A stretch of 64,000 nucleotides of DNA from Bilabrum cf. latius (GCA_965178125.1 OZ237748.1:372001-436000); one strand, 5' to 3'. Counted from the first letter of the stretch, positions 50,201 to 63,489 are shown. The notes: generated by a model from the letters alone, not told the origin. A program made the numbers and translations.

Positions 50201-53200
50201 TTACAAATGAAAAGACTGGCGATGGGATGCGATAGTAGGCACTGCTGCAGTGGCGCGGCAGTGGTAGTAACTGCGGGGATGGTGGGTGGGTTCAAAACAA
50301 CAAGCAGCGGGAATCACCTCCTCTGGAGTTGCCCCTGCCTGTCTTCCCAGTGTGTATTGCCACATAGTGACAATTATTACTGAGAATATCGGGGCACAGC
50401 TGTAGAACACAGGTGCCACCGAAATTCCGAACAAGTGAGAGCCTCACATCTGCGCTCGGACTTGCGACCAATACTACACAATCTCTCCGATCTAAATCAC
50501 TTCGTAACGTGCCTCCGTACCTACGGCACACAACTGACGGGATCTATCACTGCGAGATTGTTTCGTCATGGTCTACAGTCCTCGCTACGATGCTTGGCTC
50601 TCAGGGCGGTGGCGTATTGCCACCTTTGTAGACACGCGTGTGTCTAGTGACCGACCTGGCTCTATCTCCAGGTCATGTGCTAGTGGTCGGGCAGCCCTGG
50701 TATGGGCTGCCGAGTCACCATGCCTCACGGCTCTGCCAAGACTTGGATTGTCTTGGCGAAGCGGTTACAACCGCTAACAGCGCGGAGCAACAGCCCTGTA
50801 TCGATTCACTGCCAGTCAGTGCTTGCCCCGCCGTTACCCACATGCGGGGTATTGCACTGACGTGGTATTGCCCTTTGCCGTATGTAATGCCACGTCGAAA
50901 GCGCGTGTATGGTCAGGTATCAAAGTGAACTCCCAGTGCTGTGCACGGCCACTCAATGCATTGGTAGGTAAACCGATGCAAAGGTGTGTCACGAAATCCC
51001 AAGCTGTATTCCCAAATGCTACTTCTTCCCTCCATCCAAAACGATTGCACTCAAACCCAGACGAACTCCTCAGTCAAACTCCCAAAATGAAACTCCCACA
51101 ATCGTCTAGGATGGCAACGACTATTGCAAAACCTGAATTACTACGAAATGCCCATTAAACTATAGACATTAACCAACCAAACTCCCAGAATAACAAGGAC
51201 CAGATGGTCAACGCCTATTGCAGATCTGGACCAATGCCACAATGCCAGGGCCAACAACACGATGGCGGCCCCGCGTAAGTGGCAAATAGTACCACGGACG
51301 TCGCTGCCACGAGCAACTACTAATCAGAAGCCCATTCGTGGGCGTGGAGCAGCTCGGGCTAATGCGACTATGTCCAGGCCCATTGAGCGATGGCGGACCA
51401 GGGCACGTGGCGAAGCACACCACGAACGGCGCTACCACGAGCAACTGCATATCCGAAGCCCAGATGCGGGCGAGGAGCAGCTAGAGCAAGTGCGCGCACG
51501 ACCGGGCCAACGGAGCGATGGCGGACCAGAGCAAGTGCCGAAGCACAACACGGACATCGCTGCCACGAGCAAATGTACATCCGAAGCCACTTCGTGGGCA
51601 GGGATCAGCTCGGGCAGATGCGATCATGCCCAGGCCAACTGAGCGATGGCGGCCCAAAGCAAGAGCCGAAGCACACCACGGAGGCATTGCTGCCACGAGC
51701 AAATGTATATCCGAAACACATTCGTTGGCAGGGAGCAGCTCGGGCTAATACGACTTTGTTCAGACCAACTGAGCGATGGCGGACCAGGGCACGTGGCGAG
51801 GCACACCACGACGTCGCTGCCACGAGCAACTACTGCGAAGCTAGTATGCGGGCGTGGAGCAGTTTGAGCAAGTGCGAGCACGACCGGGCCAACAAACGGA
51901 GGGCGGCCCAAATCAAGTGCCGAAGCACAACACGGAGACATTGCCGCCACGAGCAACTGTATATCCGAAGCCGATACGTGGGCAGGAATTAGCTCGGGCA
52001 GATGCGACCACGGTAGAGCCAACTCACAGAGGGCGACCCAGAGCAAGAGCCGAAGCACACCACGGACGGCGCTGCCGTGAGCAACTGCTGCGAAGCTATT
52101 ATGCGGGCGTGGAGCAGCTCGGGCAGATGCGAGCACGACCGGGCCAACTCACAGAGGGCGGCCCAGAGCAAGTGCCGAAGCACACTACGAACGTCGCTGC
52201 CACGAGCAAATGTATATACGGAGCCCATATGCGCGCAGGGACTAGCTCGGGCAGATGCGAGCACGGTAGAGCCAACTCACAGAGGGCGGCCCAGAGCAAG
52301 AGCCGAAGCACACCACGGACGGCGCTGCCGTGAGCAACTGCTGCGAAGCCCATATGCGGGCGAGGAGCAGCTAGAGCAAGTGCGAGCACGACCGGGCCAA
52401 CTCACAGAGGGCGGCCCAGAGCAAGTGCCGAAGCACACCGAAGACATCGCTGCCAGGAGCAACTGCAAATTCGAAGCCCCTACGTGGGCAGGGACTAGCT
52501 CGGGCGAATGCGACCATGTCCAGGCCAAGTCAGCGATGGCGGCCCAGAGCAAGAGCCGAAGCACACCACGGACGGCGCTGCCGTGAGCAACTACTGCGAA
52601 GCCCATATGCGGGCGAGGAGCAGCTAGAGCAAGTGCGAGCACGACCGGGCCAACTCACAGAGGGTGGCGCAGAGCAAGTGCCGAAGCGCACCAAAGACAT
52701 CGCTGCCACGAGCAAATGTATATCCGAAGCCCAGACGTGGGCAGGGACTAGCTCGGGCGAATGCGACCATGTCCAGGCCAAGTCAGCGATGGCGGCCCAG
52801 AGCAAGAGCCGAAGCACACCACGGACGGCGCTGCCGTGAGCAACTACTGCGAAGCCCATATGCGGGCGAGGAGCAGCTAGAGCAAGTGCGAGCACGACCG
52901 GGCCAACTCACAGAGGGTGGCGCAGAGCAAGTGCCGAAGCGCACCAAAGACATCGCTGCCACGAGCAAATGTATATCCGAAGCCCAGACGTGGGCAGGGA
53001 CTAGCTCGGGCGAATGCGACCATGTCCAGGCCAAGTCAGCGATGGCGGCCCAGAGCAAGAGCCGAAGCACACCACGGACGGCGCTGCCGTGAGCAACTAC
53101 TGCGAAGCCCATATGCGGGCGAGGAGCAGCTAGAGCAAGTGCGAGCACGACCGGGCCAACTCACAGAGGGTGGCGCAGAGCAAGTGCCGAAGCGCACCAA

Positions 53201-56200
53201 AGACATCGCTGCCACGAGCAAATGTATATCCGAAGCCCAGACGTGGGCAGGGACTAGCTCGGGCGAATGCGACCATGTCCAGGCCAAGTCAGCGATGGCG
53301 GCCCAGAGCAAGAGCCGAAGCACACCACGGACGGCGCTGCCGTGAGCAACTACTGCGAAGCCCATATGCGGGCGAGGAGCAGCTAGAGCAAGTGCGAGCA
53401 CGACCGGGCCAACTCACAGAGGGCGGCCCAGAGCAAGTGCCGGAGCGAACCGAAGACATAGCTGCCACGAGCAACTGTATATCCGAAGCCCATATGCGGG
53501 CAGGGACTAGCTCGGGCAGATGCGAGCACGGTAGCGCCAACTCACAGAGGGCGGCCCAGAGCAAGAGCCGAAGCACACCGAAGACATCGCTGCCACGAGC
53601 AACTGCAAATTCGAAGCCCCTACGTGGGCAGGGACTAGCTCGGGCGAATGCGACCATGTCCAGGCCAAGTCAGCGATGGCGGCCCAGAGCAAGAGCCGAA
53701 GCACACCACGGACGGCGCTGCCGTGAGCAACTACTGCGAAGCCCATATGCGGGCGAGGAGCAGCTAGAGCAAGTGCGAGCACGACCGGGCCAACTCACAG
53801 AGGGTGGCGCAGAGCAAGTGCCGAAGCGCACCGAAGACATCGCTGCCACGAGCAAATGTATATCCGAAGCCCAGACGTGGGCAGGGATCAACTCGGGCAA
53901 ATGCGAGAACGGTAGAGCCAACTCACAGAGGGCGGCCCAGAACAAGAGCCGAAGCACGCTCAGAGCAAGAGCCGAAGCACACCACGGACGGCGCTGCCAC
54001 GAGCAACTGCTGTAAAGCCCATATGCGGGCGAGGAGCAGCTAGAGCAAGTGCGAGCACGACCGGGCCAACTCACAGAGGGCGGCCCAGAGCAAGTGCCGA
54101 AGCACACCACGAACGGCGCTACCGTGGGCAACTGCTGCGAAGCCCAAATGCGGGCGTGGAGCAGCTAGAGCAAGTGCGAGCACGACCGGGCCAACTCACA
54201 GAGGGTGGCGCAGAGCAAGTGCCGAAGCGCACCGAAGACATCGCTGCCACGAGCAAATGTATATCCGAAGCCCAGACGTGGGCAGGGATCAGCTCGGGCA
54301 GATGCGAGAACGGTAGAGCTAACTCACAGAGGGCGGCCCAGAGCAAGAGCCGAAGCACACCACGGACGGCGCTGCCTTGAGCAACTACTGCGAAGCCCAT
54401 ATGCGGGCGTGGAGCAGCTAGAGCAAGTGCGAGCACGACCGGGCCAACTCACAGAGGGCGGCCCAGAGCAAGTGCCGAAGCACACACCGGACGGCGCTGC
54501 CGTGAGCAACTACTGCGAAGCCCATATGCGGGCGTGGAGCAGCTCGAGCAAGTGCGAGCACGACCGGGCCAACTTACAGAGGGCGGCCCAGAGCAAGTGC
54601 CGAAGCACACCACGAACGGCGCTGCCGTGAGCAACTGCAAATTCGAAGCCCCTACGTGGGCAGGAATTAGCTCGGGCGAATGCGACCATGTCCAGGCCAA
54701 GTCAGCGATGGCGGCCCAGAGCAAGAGCCGAAGCACACCACGGACGGCGCTGCCGTGAGCAACTACTGCGAAGCCCATATGCGGGCGAGGAGCAGCTCTA
54801 GCAAGTGCGAGCACGACCGGGCCAACTCACAGAGGGCGGCCCAGAGCAAGTGCCGAAGCACACCACGGACGGCGCTGCCGTGAGCAACTGCAAATTCGAA
54901 GCCCCTACGTGGGCAGGGAGCAGCTCGGGCGAATGCGACCATGTCCAGGCCAAGTCAGCGATGGCGGCCCAGAGCAAGAGCCGAAGCACACCACGGACGG
55001 CGCTGCCGTGAGCAACTACTGCGAAGCCCATATGCGGGCGAGGAGCAGCTCTAGCAAGTGCGAGCACGACCGGGCCAACTCACAGAGGGTGGCGCAGAGC
55101 AAGAGCCGAAGCACACCACGGACGGCGCTGCCGTGAGCAACTACTGCGAAGCCCATATGCGGGCGTGGAGCAGCTCTAGCAAGTGCGAGCACGACCGGGC
55201 CAACTCACAGAGGGCGGCCCAAATCAAGTGCCGAAGCACACCGAAGACATCGCTGCCACGAGCAAATGTATATCCGAAGCCCAGACGTGGGCAGGGATCA
55301 GCTCGGGCAAATGCGACCATGCCCAGGCCAAGTCAGCGATGGCGGCCCAGAGCAAGAGCCGAAGCACACCACGGACGGCGCTGCCGTGAGCAACTACTGC
55401 GAAGCCCATATGCGGGCGAGGAGCAGCTCTAGCAAGTGCGAGCACGACAGGGCCAACTCACAGAGGGTGGCGCAGAGCAAGAGCCGAAGCATACCATTGA
55501 CGGCGCTGCCGTGAGCAACTACTGCGAAGCCCATATGCGGGCGTGGAGCAGCTCTAGCAAGTGCGAGCACGACCGGGCCAACTCACAGAGGGCGGCCCAG
55601 AGCAAGAGCCGAAGCACACCACGGACGGGGCTGCCGTGAGCAACTACTGCAGAGCCCATATGCGGGCGTGGAGCAGCTCGAGCAAGTGCGAGCACGACCG
55701 GGCCAACTCACAGAGGGCGGCCCAGAGCAAGTGCCGAAGCACACCACGAACGGCGCTACCGTGGGCAACTGCTGCGAAGCCCATATGCGGGCGTGGAGCA
55801 GCTCTAGCAAGTGCGAGCACGACCGGGCCAACTCACAGAGGGCGGCCCAGAGCAAGTGCCGAAGCACACCGAAGACATCGCTGCCACGAGCAAATGTATA
55901 TTTGAAGCCCAGACGTGGGCAGGGATCAGCTCGGGCAAATGCGACCATGCCCAGGCCAAGTCAGCGATGGCGGCACAGAGCAAGAGCCGAAGCACACCAC
56001 GGACGGCGCTGCCGTGAGCAACTACTGCGAAGCCCATATGCGGGCGAAGAGCAGCTAGAGCAAGTGCGAGCACGACCGGGCCAACTCACAGAGGGCGGCC
56101 CAGAGCAAGTGCCGAAGCACACCACGAACGGCGCTACCGTGGGCAACTGCTGCGAAGCCCATATGCGGGCGTGGAGCAGCTCTAGCAAGTGCGAGCACGA

Positions 56201-59200
56201 CCGGGCCAACTCACAGAGGGTGGCGCAGAGCAAGTGCCGAAGCACACCGAAGACATCGCTGCCACGAGCAAATGTATATTTGAAGCCCAGACGTGGGCAG
56301 GGATCAGCTCGGGCAAATGCGACCATGCCCAGGCCAAGTCAGCGATGGCGGCACAGAGCAAGAGCCGAAGCACACCACGGACGGCGCTGCCGTGAGTAAC
56401 TACTGCGAAGCCCATATGCGGGCGAAGAGCAGCTAGAGCAAGTGCGAGCACGACCGGGCCAACTCACAGAGGGCGGCCCAGAGCAAGTGCCGAAGCACAC
56501 CACGAACGGCGCTACCGTGGGCAACTGCTGCGAAGCCCATATGCGGGCGTGGAGCAGCTCTAGCAAGTGCGAGCACGACCGGGCCAAATCACAGAGGGTG
56601 GCGCAGAGCAAGTGCCGAAGCACACCGAAGACATCGCTGCCACGAGCAAATTATCTGAAGCCCCTACGTGGGCAGGGATCAGCTCGGGCAATTGCGAATA
56701 TTTTCGGGCCAAGTCAGCGATGGCGGACAAGAGGAAGCGGTTAAGCAAACCCCGGACGGCGCTGCCACGAGCAACTGCATCTCCGAAGCCCCTTCGTGGG
56801 CAGGGATCAGATCGGGCAAATGCGACCATGGCCAGGCCAACTGAGCGACGGCAGCCTAGAGCAAGTGGTTTAGTACACCACGGACGGCGCTTCCACGAGC
56901 AACTGCAACTTCGAAGCCCCTACGTGGGCAGGAATTAGCTCGGGCAATTGCGAATATTTTCGGGCCAAGTCAGCGATGGCGCACAAGAGGAAGCGGTTAA
57001 GCACACCACGGACGGCGCTGCCATGAGCAACTACATCTCCGTAGCCCAGACGTGGGCAGGGATCAGCTCGGGCAAATGCGATCATGGCCAGGCCAACTGA
57101 GCCATAGCGGACAAGAGCAAGTGCCGAAGCACACCGAAGACGGCGCTGCCACGAGGATCTTTTGAGCGATGCTTCTTCATCCGCTTCACCAGAGATGATG
57201 ATAATTTAGCGGCAGTATCGGGGAATGAGCATAGGCAAAACTCAACAGCCCCAACGAATTCGGGATCAACCATGTCGACCTGAGTCAGTGACGTCGCGAC
57301 CGTGACGTCGCGACCACAGATATGCTCTGATTTAGCTTGTAGTGAGTACTTTTAACATTGTGACGAAAGTACGATGACAAGGTGCTGGCAGCGACGACGA
57401 TAGCCGCCCTAAAGTCCACCCAGCAAACACTATCCAGCATGGAATTATTTATATCACGTCATGCAAATTGTGCATCAAGACAGCGAAGGCACCGCAGAGG
57501 TGGCAACGCCAGTCTTGGCTGGAAATCTCCCCAGCGCCACAAGCGAAGATGCTTGGACACATGGAGAGAGCAGAACACATCAAGAGTACCTGCAACTCCA
57601 AGCAAATGTAAAACAATCATGCAATCCGTGCAACAGGTGTGAACAGCCCGACCTAGAGTCGAGGTGATCAACCTCCTGCCGCGTGCCGCTTGAGACAGCC
57701 AAGAACAACAGTCCCGGCAGCGACTACAATAGCCGCACAGTCCACCAAGCAAACACTATCCAGCATGGAATTATTTATATCACGTCATGCAAATCGTGCA
57801 TCAAGACAGCGAAGGCACCGCAGAGGTGGCAACGCCAGTCTTGGCTGGAAATCTCCCCAGCGCCACAAGCGAAGATGCTTGAGCACATGGAGAGAGCAGA
57901 ACACATCAAGTGTACCTGCAACTCCAAGCAAATGCAAAACAATCATGCAATCCGTGCAACAGGTGTGAACAGCCCGACCTAGAGTCGAGGTGATCAACCT
58001 CCTGCCGCGTGCCGCTTGAGACAGCCAAGAACAACAGTCCCGGCAGCGACTACAATAGCCGCACAGTCCACCTTGCAAACACTATCCAGCATGGAATTAT
58101 TTATATCACGTCATGCAAAATGTGCATCAAGACAGCGAAGGCACCGGAGTGGGTGCAACGCTAGACTTGGCTTGAAATCTCCCCAGAGCTCAAGCGAAGG
58201 TGCCTGAACACATGGAGAGAGCAGAACACATCAAGTGCACCGGCAACTCCAAGCAAATGCAAAACAATCATGCAATCCGTGCAACAGGTGTGAACAGCCC
58301 GACCTGGAGTCGAGGTGATCGCGCTCCTGCTGCATGCTGCTACTTGCATGGCAAAACCCGAAACGAAATGTCCGGTGGGCAGGGCGCTAAGTTTGTCGAG
58401 ACGACAACAAGCACAACTGCCCGGCCAAAGTAGCAAGCACTATCCAGCATGGAATTATTTATATCACGTCATGCAAATCGTGCATCAAGACAGCGAAGGC
58501 ACCGCAGAGGTGGCAACGCCAGTCTTGGCTGGAAATCTCCCCAGCGCCACAAGCGAAGATGCTTGAGCACATGGAGAGAGCAGAACACATCAAGTGTACC
58601 TGCAACTCCAAGCAAATGCAAAACAATCAAGCAATCCGTGCAACAGGTGTGAACAGCCCGACCTGGAGTCGAGGTGATCGCGCTCCTGCTGCATGCTGCT
58701 ACTTGCATGGCAAAACCCGAAACGAAATGTCCGGTGGGCAGGGCGCTAAGTTTGTCGAGACGACAACAAGCACGACTGCCCGTCCAAAGTAGCAAGCACT
58801 ATCCAGCATGGAATATTCCGTGCAACATGTGTGAACAGCCCGACCTAGAGTCGAGGTGAGCAACCTCCCGCCGCGTGCCGCTTGAGACAGCCAAGAACAA
58901 CAGTCCCGGCAGCGACTACAATAGCCGCACAGTCCACCAAGCAAACACTATCCAGCATGGAATTATTTATATCACGTCATGCAAATTGTGCATCAAGACA
59001 GCGAAGGCACCGCAGAGGTGGCAACGCCAGTCTTGGCTGGAAATCTCCCCAGCGCCACAAGCGAAGATGCTTGAGCACATGGAGAGAGCAGAACACATCA
59101 AGTGTACCTGCAACTCCAAGCAAATGCAAAACAATCAAGCAATCCGTGCAACAGGTGTGAACAGCCCGACCTAGAGTCGAGGTGAGCAACCTCCTGCCGC

Positions 59201-62200
59201 GTGCCGCTTGAGACAGCCAAGAACAACAGTCCCGGCAGCGACTACAATAGCCGCACAGTCCACCAAGCAAACACTATCCAGCATGGAATTATTTATATCA
59301 CGTCATGCAAAATGTGCATCAAGACAGCGAAGGCACCGCAGAGGTGGCAACGCCAGTCTTGGCTGGAAATCTCCCCAGCGCCACAAGCGAAGATGCTTGG
59401 ACACATGGAGAGAGCAGAACACATCAAGTGTACCTGCAACTCCAAGCAAATGCAAAACAAACATGCAATCCGTGCAACAGGTGTGAACAGCCCGACCTAG
59501 AGTCGAGGTGAGCAACCTCCTGCCGCGTGCCGCTTGAGACAGCCAAGAACAACAGTCCCGGCAGCGACTACAATAGCCGCACAGTCCACCAAGCAAACAC
59601 TATCCAGCATGGAATTATTTATATCACGTCATGCAAAATGTGCATCAAGACAGCGAAGGCACCGCAGAGGTGGCAACGCCAGTCTTGGCTGGAAATCTCC
59701 CCGGCGTCACAAGCGAAGATGCTTGAGCACATGGAGAGAGCAGAACACATCAAGTGTACCTGCAACTCCAAGCAAATGCAAAACAATCATGCAATCCGTG
59801 CAACAGGTGTGAACAGCCCGACCTAGAGTCGAGGTGATCAACCTCCTGCCGCGTGCCGCTTGAGACAGCCAAGAACAACAGTCCCGGCAGCGACTACAAT
59901 AGCCGCACAGTCCACCAAGCAAACACTATCCAGCATGGAATTATTTATATCACGTCATGCAAATTGTGCATCAAGACAGCGAAGGCACCGCAGAGGTGGC
60001 AACGCCAGTCTTGGCTGGAAATCTCCCCAGCGCCACAAGCGAAGATGCTTGAGCACATGGAGAGAGCAGAACACATCAAGTGTACCTGCAACTCCAAGCA
60101 AATGCAAAACAATCATGCAATCCGTGCAACAGGTGTGAACAGCCCGACCTAGAGTCGAGGTGATCAACCTCCTGCCGCGTGCCGCTTGAGACAGCCAAGA
60201 ACAACAGTCCCGGCAGCGACTACAATAGCCGCACAGTCCACCAAGCAAACACTATCCAGCATGGAATTATTTATATCACGTCATGCAAATTGTGCATCAA
60301 GACAGCGAAGGCACCGCAGAGGTGGCAACGCCAGTCTTGGCTGGAAATCTCCCCAGCGCCACAAGCGAAGATGCTTGAGCACATGGAGAGAGCAGAACAC
60401 ATCAAGTGTACCTGCAACTCCAAGCAAATGCAAAACAATCATGCAATCCGTGCAACGGGTGTGAACAGCCCGACCTAGAGTCGAGGTGATCATCCTCCCG
60501 CTGGACCAGTTCAAAACAACAAGCAGCGGGAATCACCTCCTCTGGAGTTGCCCCTGCCTGTCTTCCCAGTGTGTATTGCCACATAGTGACAATTATTACT
60601 GAGAATATCGGGGCACAACTGTAGAACACAGGTGCCACCGAAATTCCGAACAAGTGAGAGCCTCACATCTGCGCTCGGACTTGCGACCAATACTACACAA
60701 TCTCTCCGATCTAAATCACTTCGTAACGTGCCTCCGTACCTACGGCACACAACTGACGGATGCAACTGCACTCGCCTGGCCAAGCCTTGACTGGTGCTCG
60801 ATGGTCCTTTCCGTTCTCAAGCGGAGAGCGTTTGGCTCAATTCGCGGGTTTGATTGTTTTCATTGTTGTTTAATTCATCCTTTTTGCATGTTGTTGGAGG
60901 CGGGGGGTCATATCCAGCCGAGTAGATCCTCCTGCTGTGATTCCTTGCGAGAACAGTGGCCGTCCATGAGCGTTTGCTCGGCGACGAAGCGATGCCTGAT
61001 GCATGATTTGGATTTATTATTTGGCGAGTATGTTGAATCGAACCTGCTTGGGCCAGATCGATGGTGCAATTGATCTATGGCGGGCCTTGGAATGTATGTC
61101 TGAACGGCTCTGTCTGGTTCGTTCTGGCGAAGCATCGCTGGCATCGGATCAAACGAGATCGGGATTTTGGACTGCTTTGCCAGTGGAAATTAATCAGTTT
61201 GGCTTGTTTTTGTATTTATCTGTATCAAAATGCTTGGAGTGCGTATAGCTTGCCGCTTGTGTTGATTCTCTAGGATTGTCCGCGATGGCAGGGCTCGCTT
61301 GGCATGCATGAGTCGCTGGCATATAGAGATGTGACATGAGTATCTGCTTGGACGTGATACAGAAGCATATGATCAATTGTGTGTGTGGCTGTATCCCTGA
61401 TGCAACTGGATGCTCTGTGTATAGTATCCTGCCTTCAGCGTGGCACCTGAACTGTCTGTGGCAGCAGCCCATCTCGATCGGTATTGGCTGGTCTTGAGCA
61501 GCAATGGTTTCATTGTAATGTAAGTGTATATGGCATTGCACTTATGCATGTGGATTGCTTGGATTGTAATCAATGAGCTGCACAGCTGGCTAGGCGGCCG
61601 CTGCCCGTCCCCCCAGAGGGCCCCTCGGCTATCTCGGCCGCCAGGCGGATTCAGAGGCCGGGACCGGTCCCTGTCGCGATGCAATGGCTTGATAGGATGA
61701 TTAGTATATGTTTGGATTGGTTTTGATTTTAATGATTTTGGCCCTCGAGCGGGAATCGACCCGAGGAGTGCGCCCCTGGGGCCCAGAGCGACCCTCACCG
61801 GTCCGTCCCAACGCCCCCCGCACACCCCCATCACCCGCCCCATGCCCACACACATCCACACCCACACCCACCCCACGCACACCCCCTGCTGCCCCCCCAC
61901 CCCCTGTTTCCCATCCCCCCACCGCAGAATGGCTCCACACCCGTTCATTGGGCATCCTGGAATGGGTACGATGACTGTCTTCGATTGCTGCTTGAAAATG
62001 GGGGGGATGTGCATGCGGTGAACAAGGTGAGAGAGAGAAACAAATGTTGAGGAAGAGGTTGGTCTTGTGTGTGTCTGTGCTTGTGTGTTGGATGGGTGTG
62101 TGTGTCTGTCCGGCTTGGGATTGACCACTCCCGGGTCCGAGACCCGCTGGCAGGTTACTTCGCGGTGCTCCCGCTACGTTGACGGATTGGGCCTGGACGC

Positions 62201-63258
62201 TAGTGCGTGTATCTCGGGCTGTAGGCATACTGTGCTATCATGGTTTGGTTCCATGGGCGTGATTCGGGAGGTGTAATCCTTTGCTTGGATTTGACTCCGG
62301 ATCTGAATGGTCGCATCGTGTTCGTGGAGCTTGCTTATAGCGCAACTGGATGCTGTGTAAAAAGTCTGCATTCGTTCGAGCACAGCACCTAAGCTCTGTG
62401 GGTTTGGTACAATGTACATTCTTTGAATATGGTACCGGCGCATGTGGCTTGGTTGGCTTGTCGTTAGTGGTGATTTCGCAGTGCACCTTGCGCTACATCT
62501 CGGTCGTCGGATCGCTTCCGGACCGCTGCCACACCAGGCCAAGCAAATCGGGGGAATATGTATTTCATGGATTCAAGCTCTGAAATATCTATCGATTTGC
62601 CGGGCAATTGTTACAGATTTTCCATGTTGACTCATGACCTTTTAGAACCCTCCGATTCACCCGCAGGATGGAAAAACTCCCCTCCATGATGCAGCGTACT
62701 GGGGCTACACCGCCTGCGCCACCATCCTCATGGAGGCAGGAGCCCGCAGGGACATCAAGAACATAGTGAGCTTGTCGAACTGCATCGTAATAGCTCTGGA
62801 TTTCCGAATATCCAACAAGCTATCCTAAGGATCAAAGGACTCTCCCACCCACGAATCCCCCCCGTGCATCGCCGACACCCTGACCCCTCCAACCCCTTTT
62901 GACTTCCTTGATCGAGCAGGCTGGCAGGACTCCTGTTCAGCAGGCACACGCCTTTGGTAGGACGGAAACCGCTACAGCCATCCAATCGTTCATCCCTGCT
63001 CGACTCCGTGCACCCCTATGCTGGAGGAGGGCAGTGGACGCCAAGAGGGATGCATCGATGGTGTTCAGGGCAGCGAGTGAGGGCAGGCCACTGGAGCTGG
63101 CCAGGAGGCTGAGGCTAGGCAAGCTGGCCGGTGGGTTGGATATCAAGGGAATAGCGATACATGGCAGTGGGAGCTCTAGGCTGGTGCTTCCACTGAAGGC
63201 AGCTAGGTTGGGTGGGCACGACGATTGCGTGAAGCTGCTGCAGTAGGCCTAGGGATGA
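47235..63258 (+). CDS. Ankyrin-repeat protein, copy 6 (two C-type exons separated by an 11-kb insertion)
   Basis: Exons 47235-47236, 47413-47506, 47883-47981, 49372-49470, 61928-62026, 62667-62765, 62920-63258. Ends LLQ[TAG]A[TAG]G-TGA. Confidence 0.78.
48019..48425. mobile_element. Short hairpin-led insertion, family 1 (longest, unique distal part)
   Basis: Precisely interrupts gggtt|gtaggcgatac. No TSD. Confidence 0.75.
51250..57155. repeat. 125/128-bp satellite with 253- and 378-bp higher-order repeats
   Basis: Homologous to the 5090-8925 satellite. ORF periods 253 (52277, 52530, 52783, 53036) and 378 (55583, 55961, 56339). Confidence 0.92.
57390..60495. repeat. 326-bp tandem array (about 9-10 units, with 359-bp variants at about 58100-58800)
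   Basis: ORF periods 326 (58875, 59201, 59527, 59853, 60179) and 359 (58200, 58559). Confidence 0.92.
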
Positions 63259-63489
63259 GCTCTAGGCTGGTGCTTCCACTGGAGGCAGCCAGGCTGGGAG
63301 GGCACGACGATTGCGTGAAGCTGCTGCAGGAGGCCTATGGAGGAGCTCTAGGCTGGTGTGGAGGTGGATCCCGCAGGGAGCGGGTCCGTGGACGTGGTGG
63401 AGGCGTGGGTGCGGGAGCAGCGGCTGCGGCTGTGCGAGGCCGAGCACCGGCGGGCCCCTCTGTCGCGGGCCGTGCTGGTGGGTCATACT

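Larger units (their letters stand above)
49880..60759. mobile_element. Non-autonomous split-direct-repeat element, copy 2
   Basis: A at 49880-50167 and 50541-50828. B at 50290-50540 and 60509-60759. Flanks rejoin to ccggaag|atgcaac, seen intact at about 26440. No TSD. Confidence 0.8.

Noticed and set aside
3044-62026. Canonical diversity-generating retroelement
   Set aside because: No reverse transcriptase or invariant template repeat in the window, and scaffold adenines do not vary.
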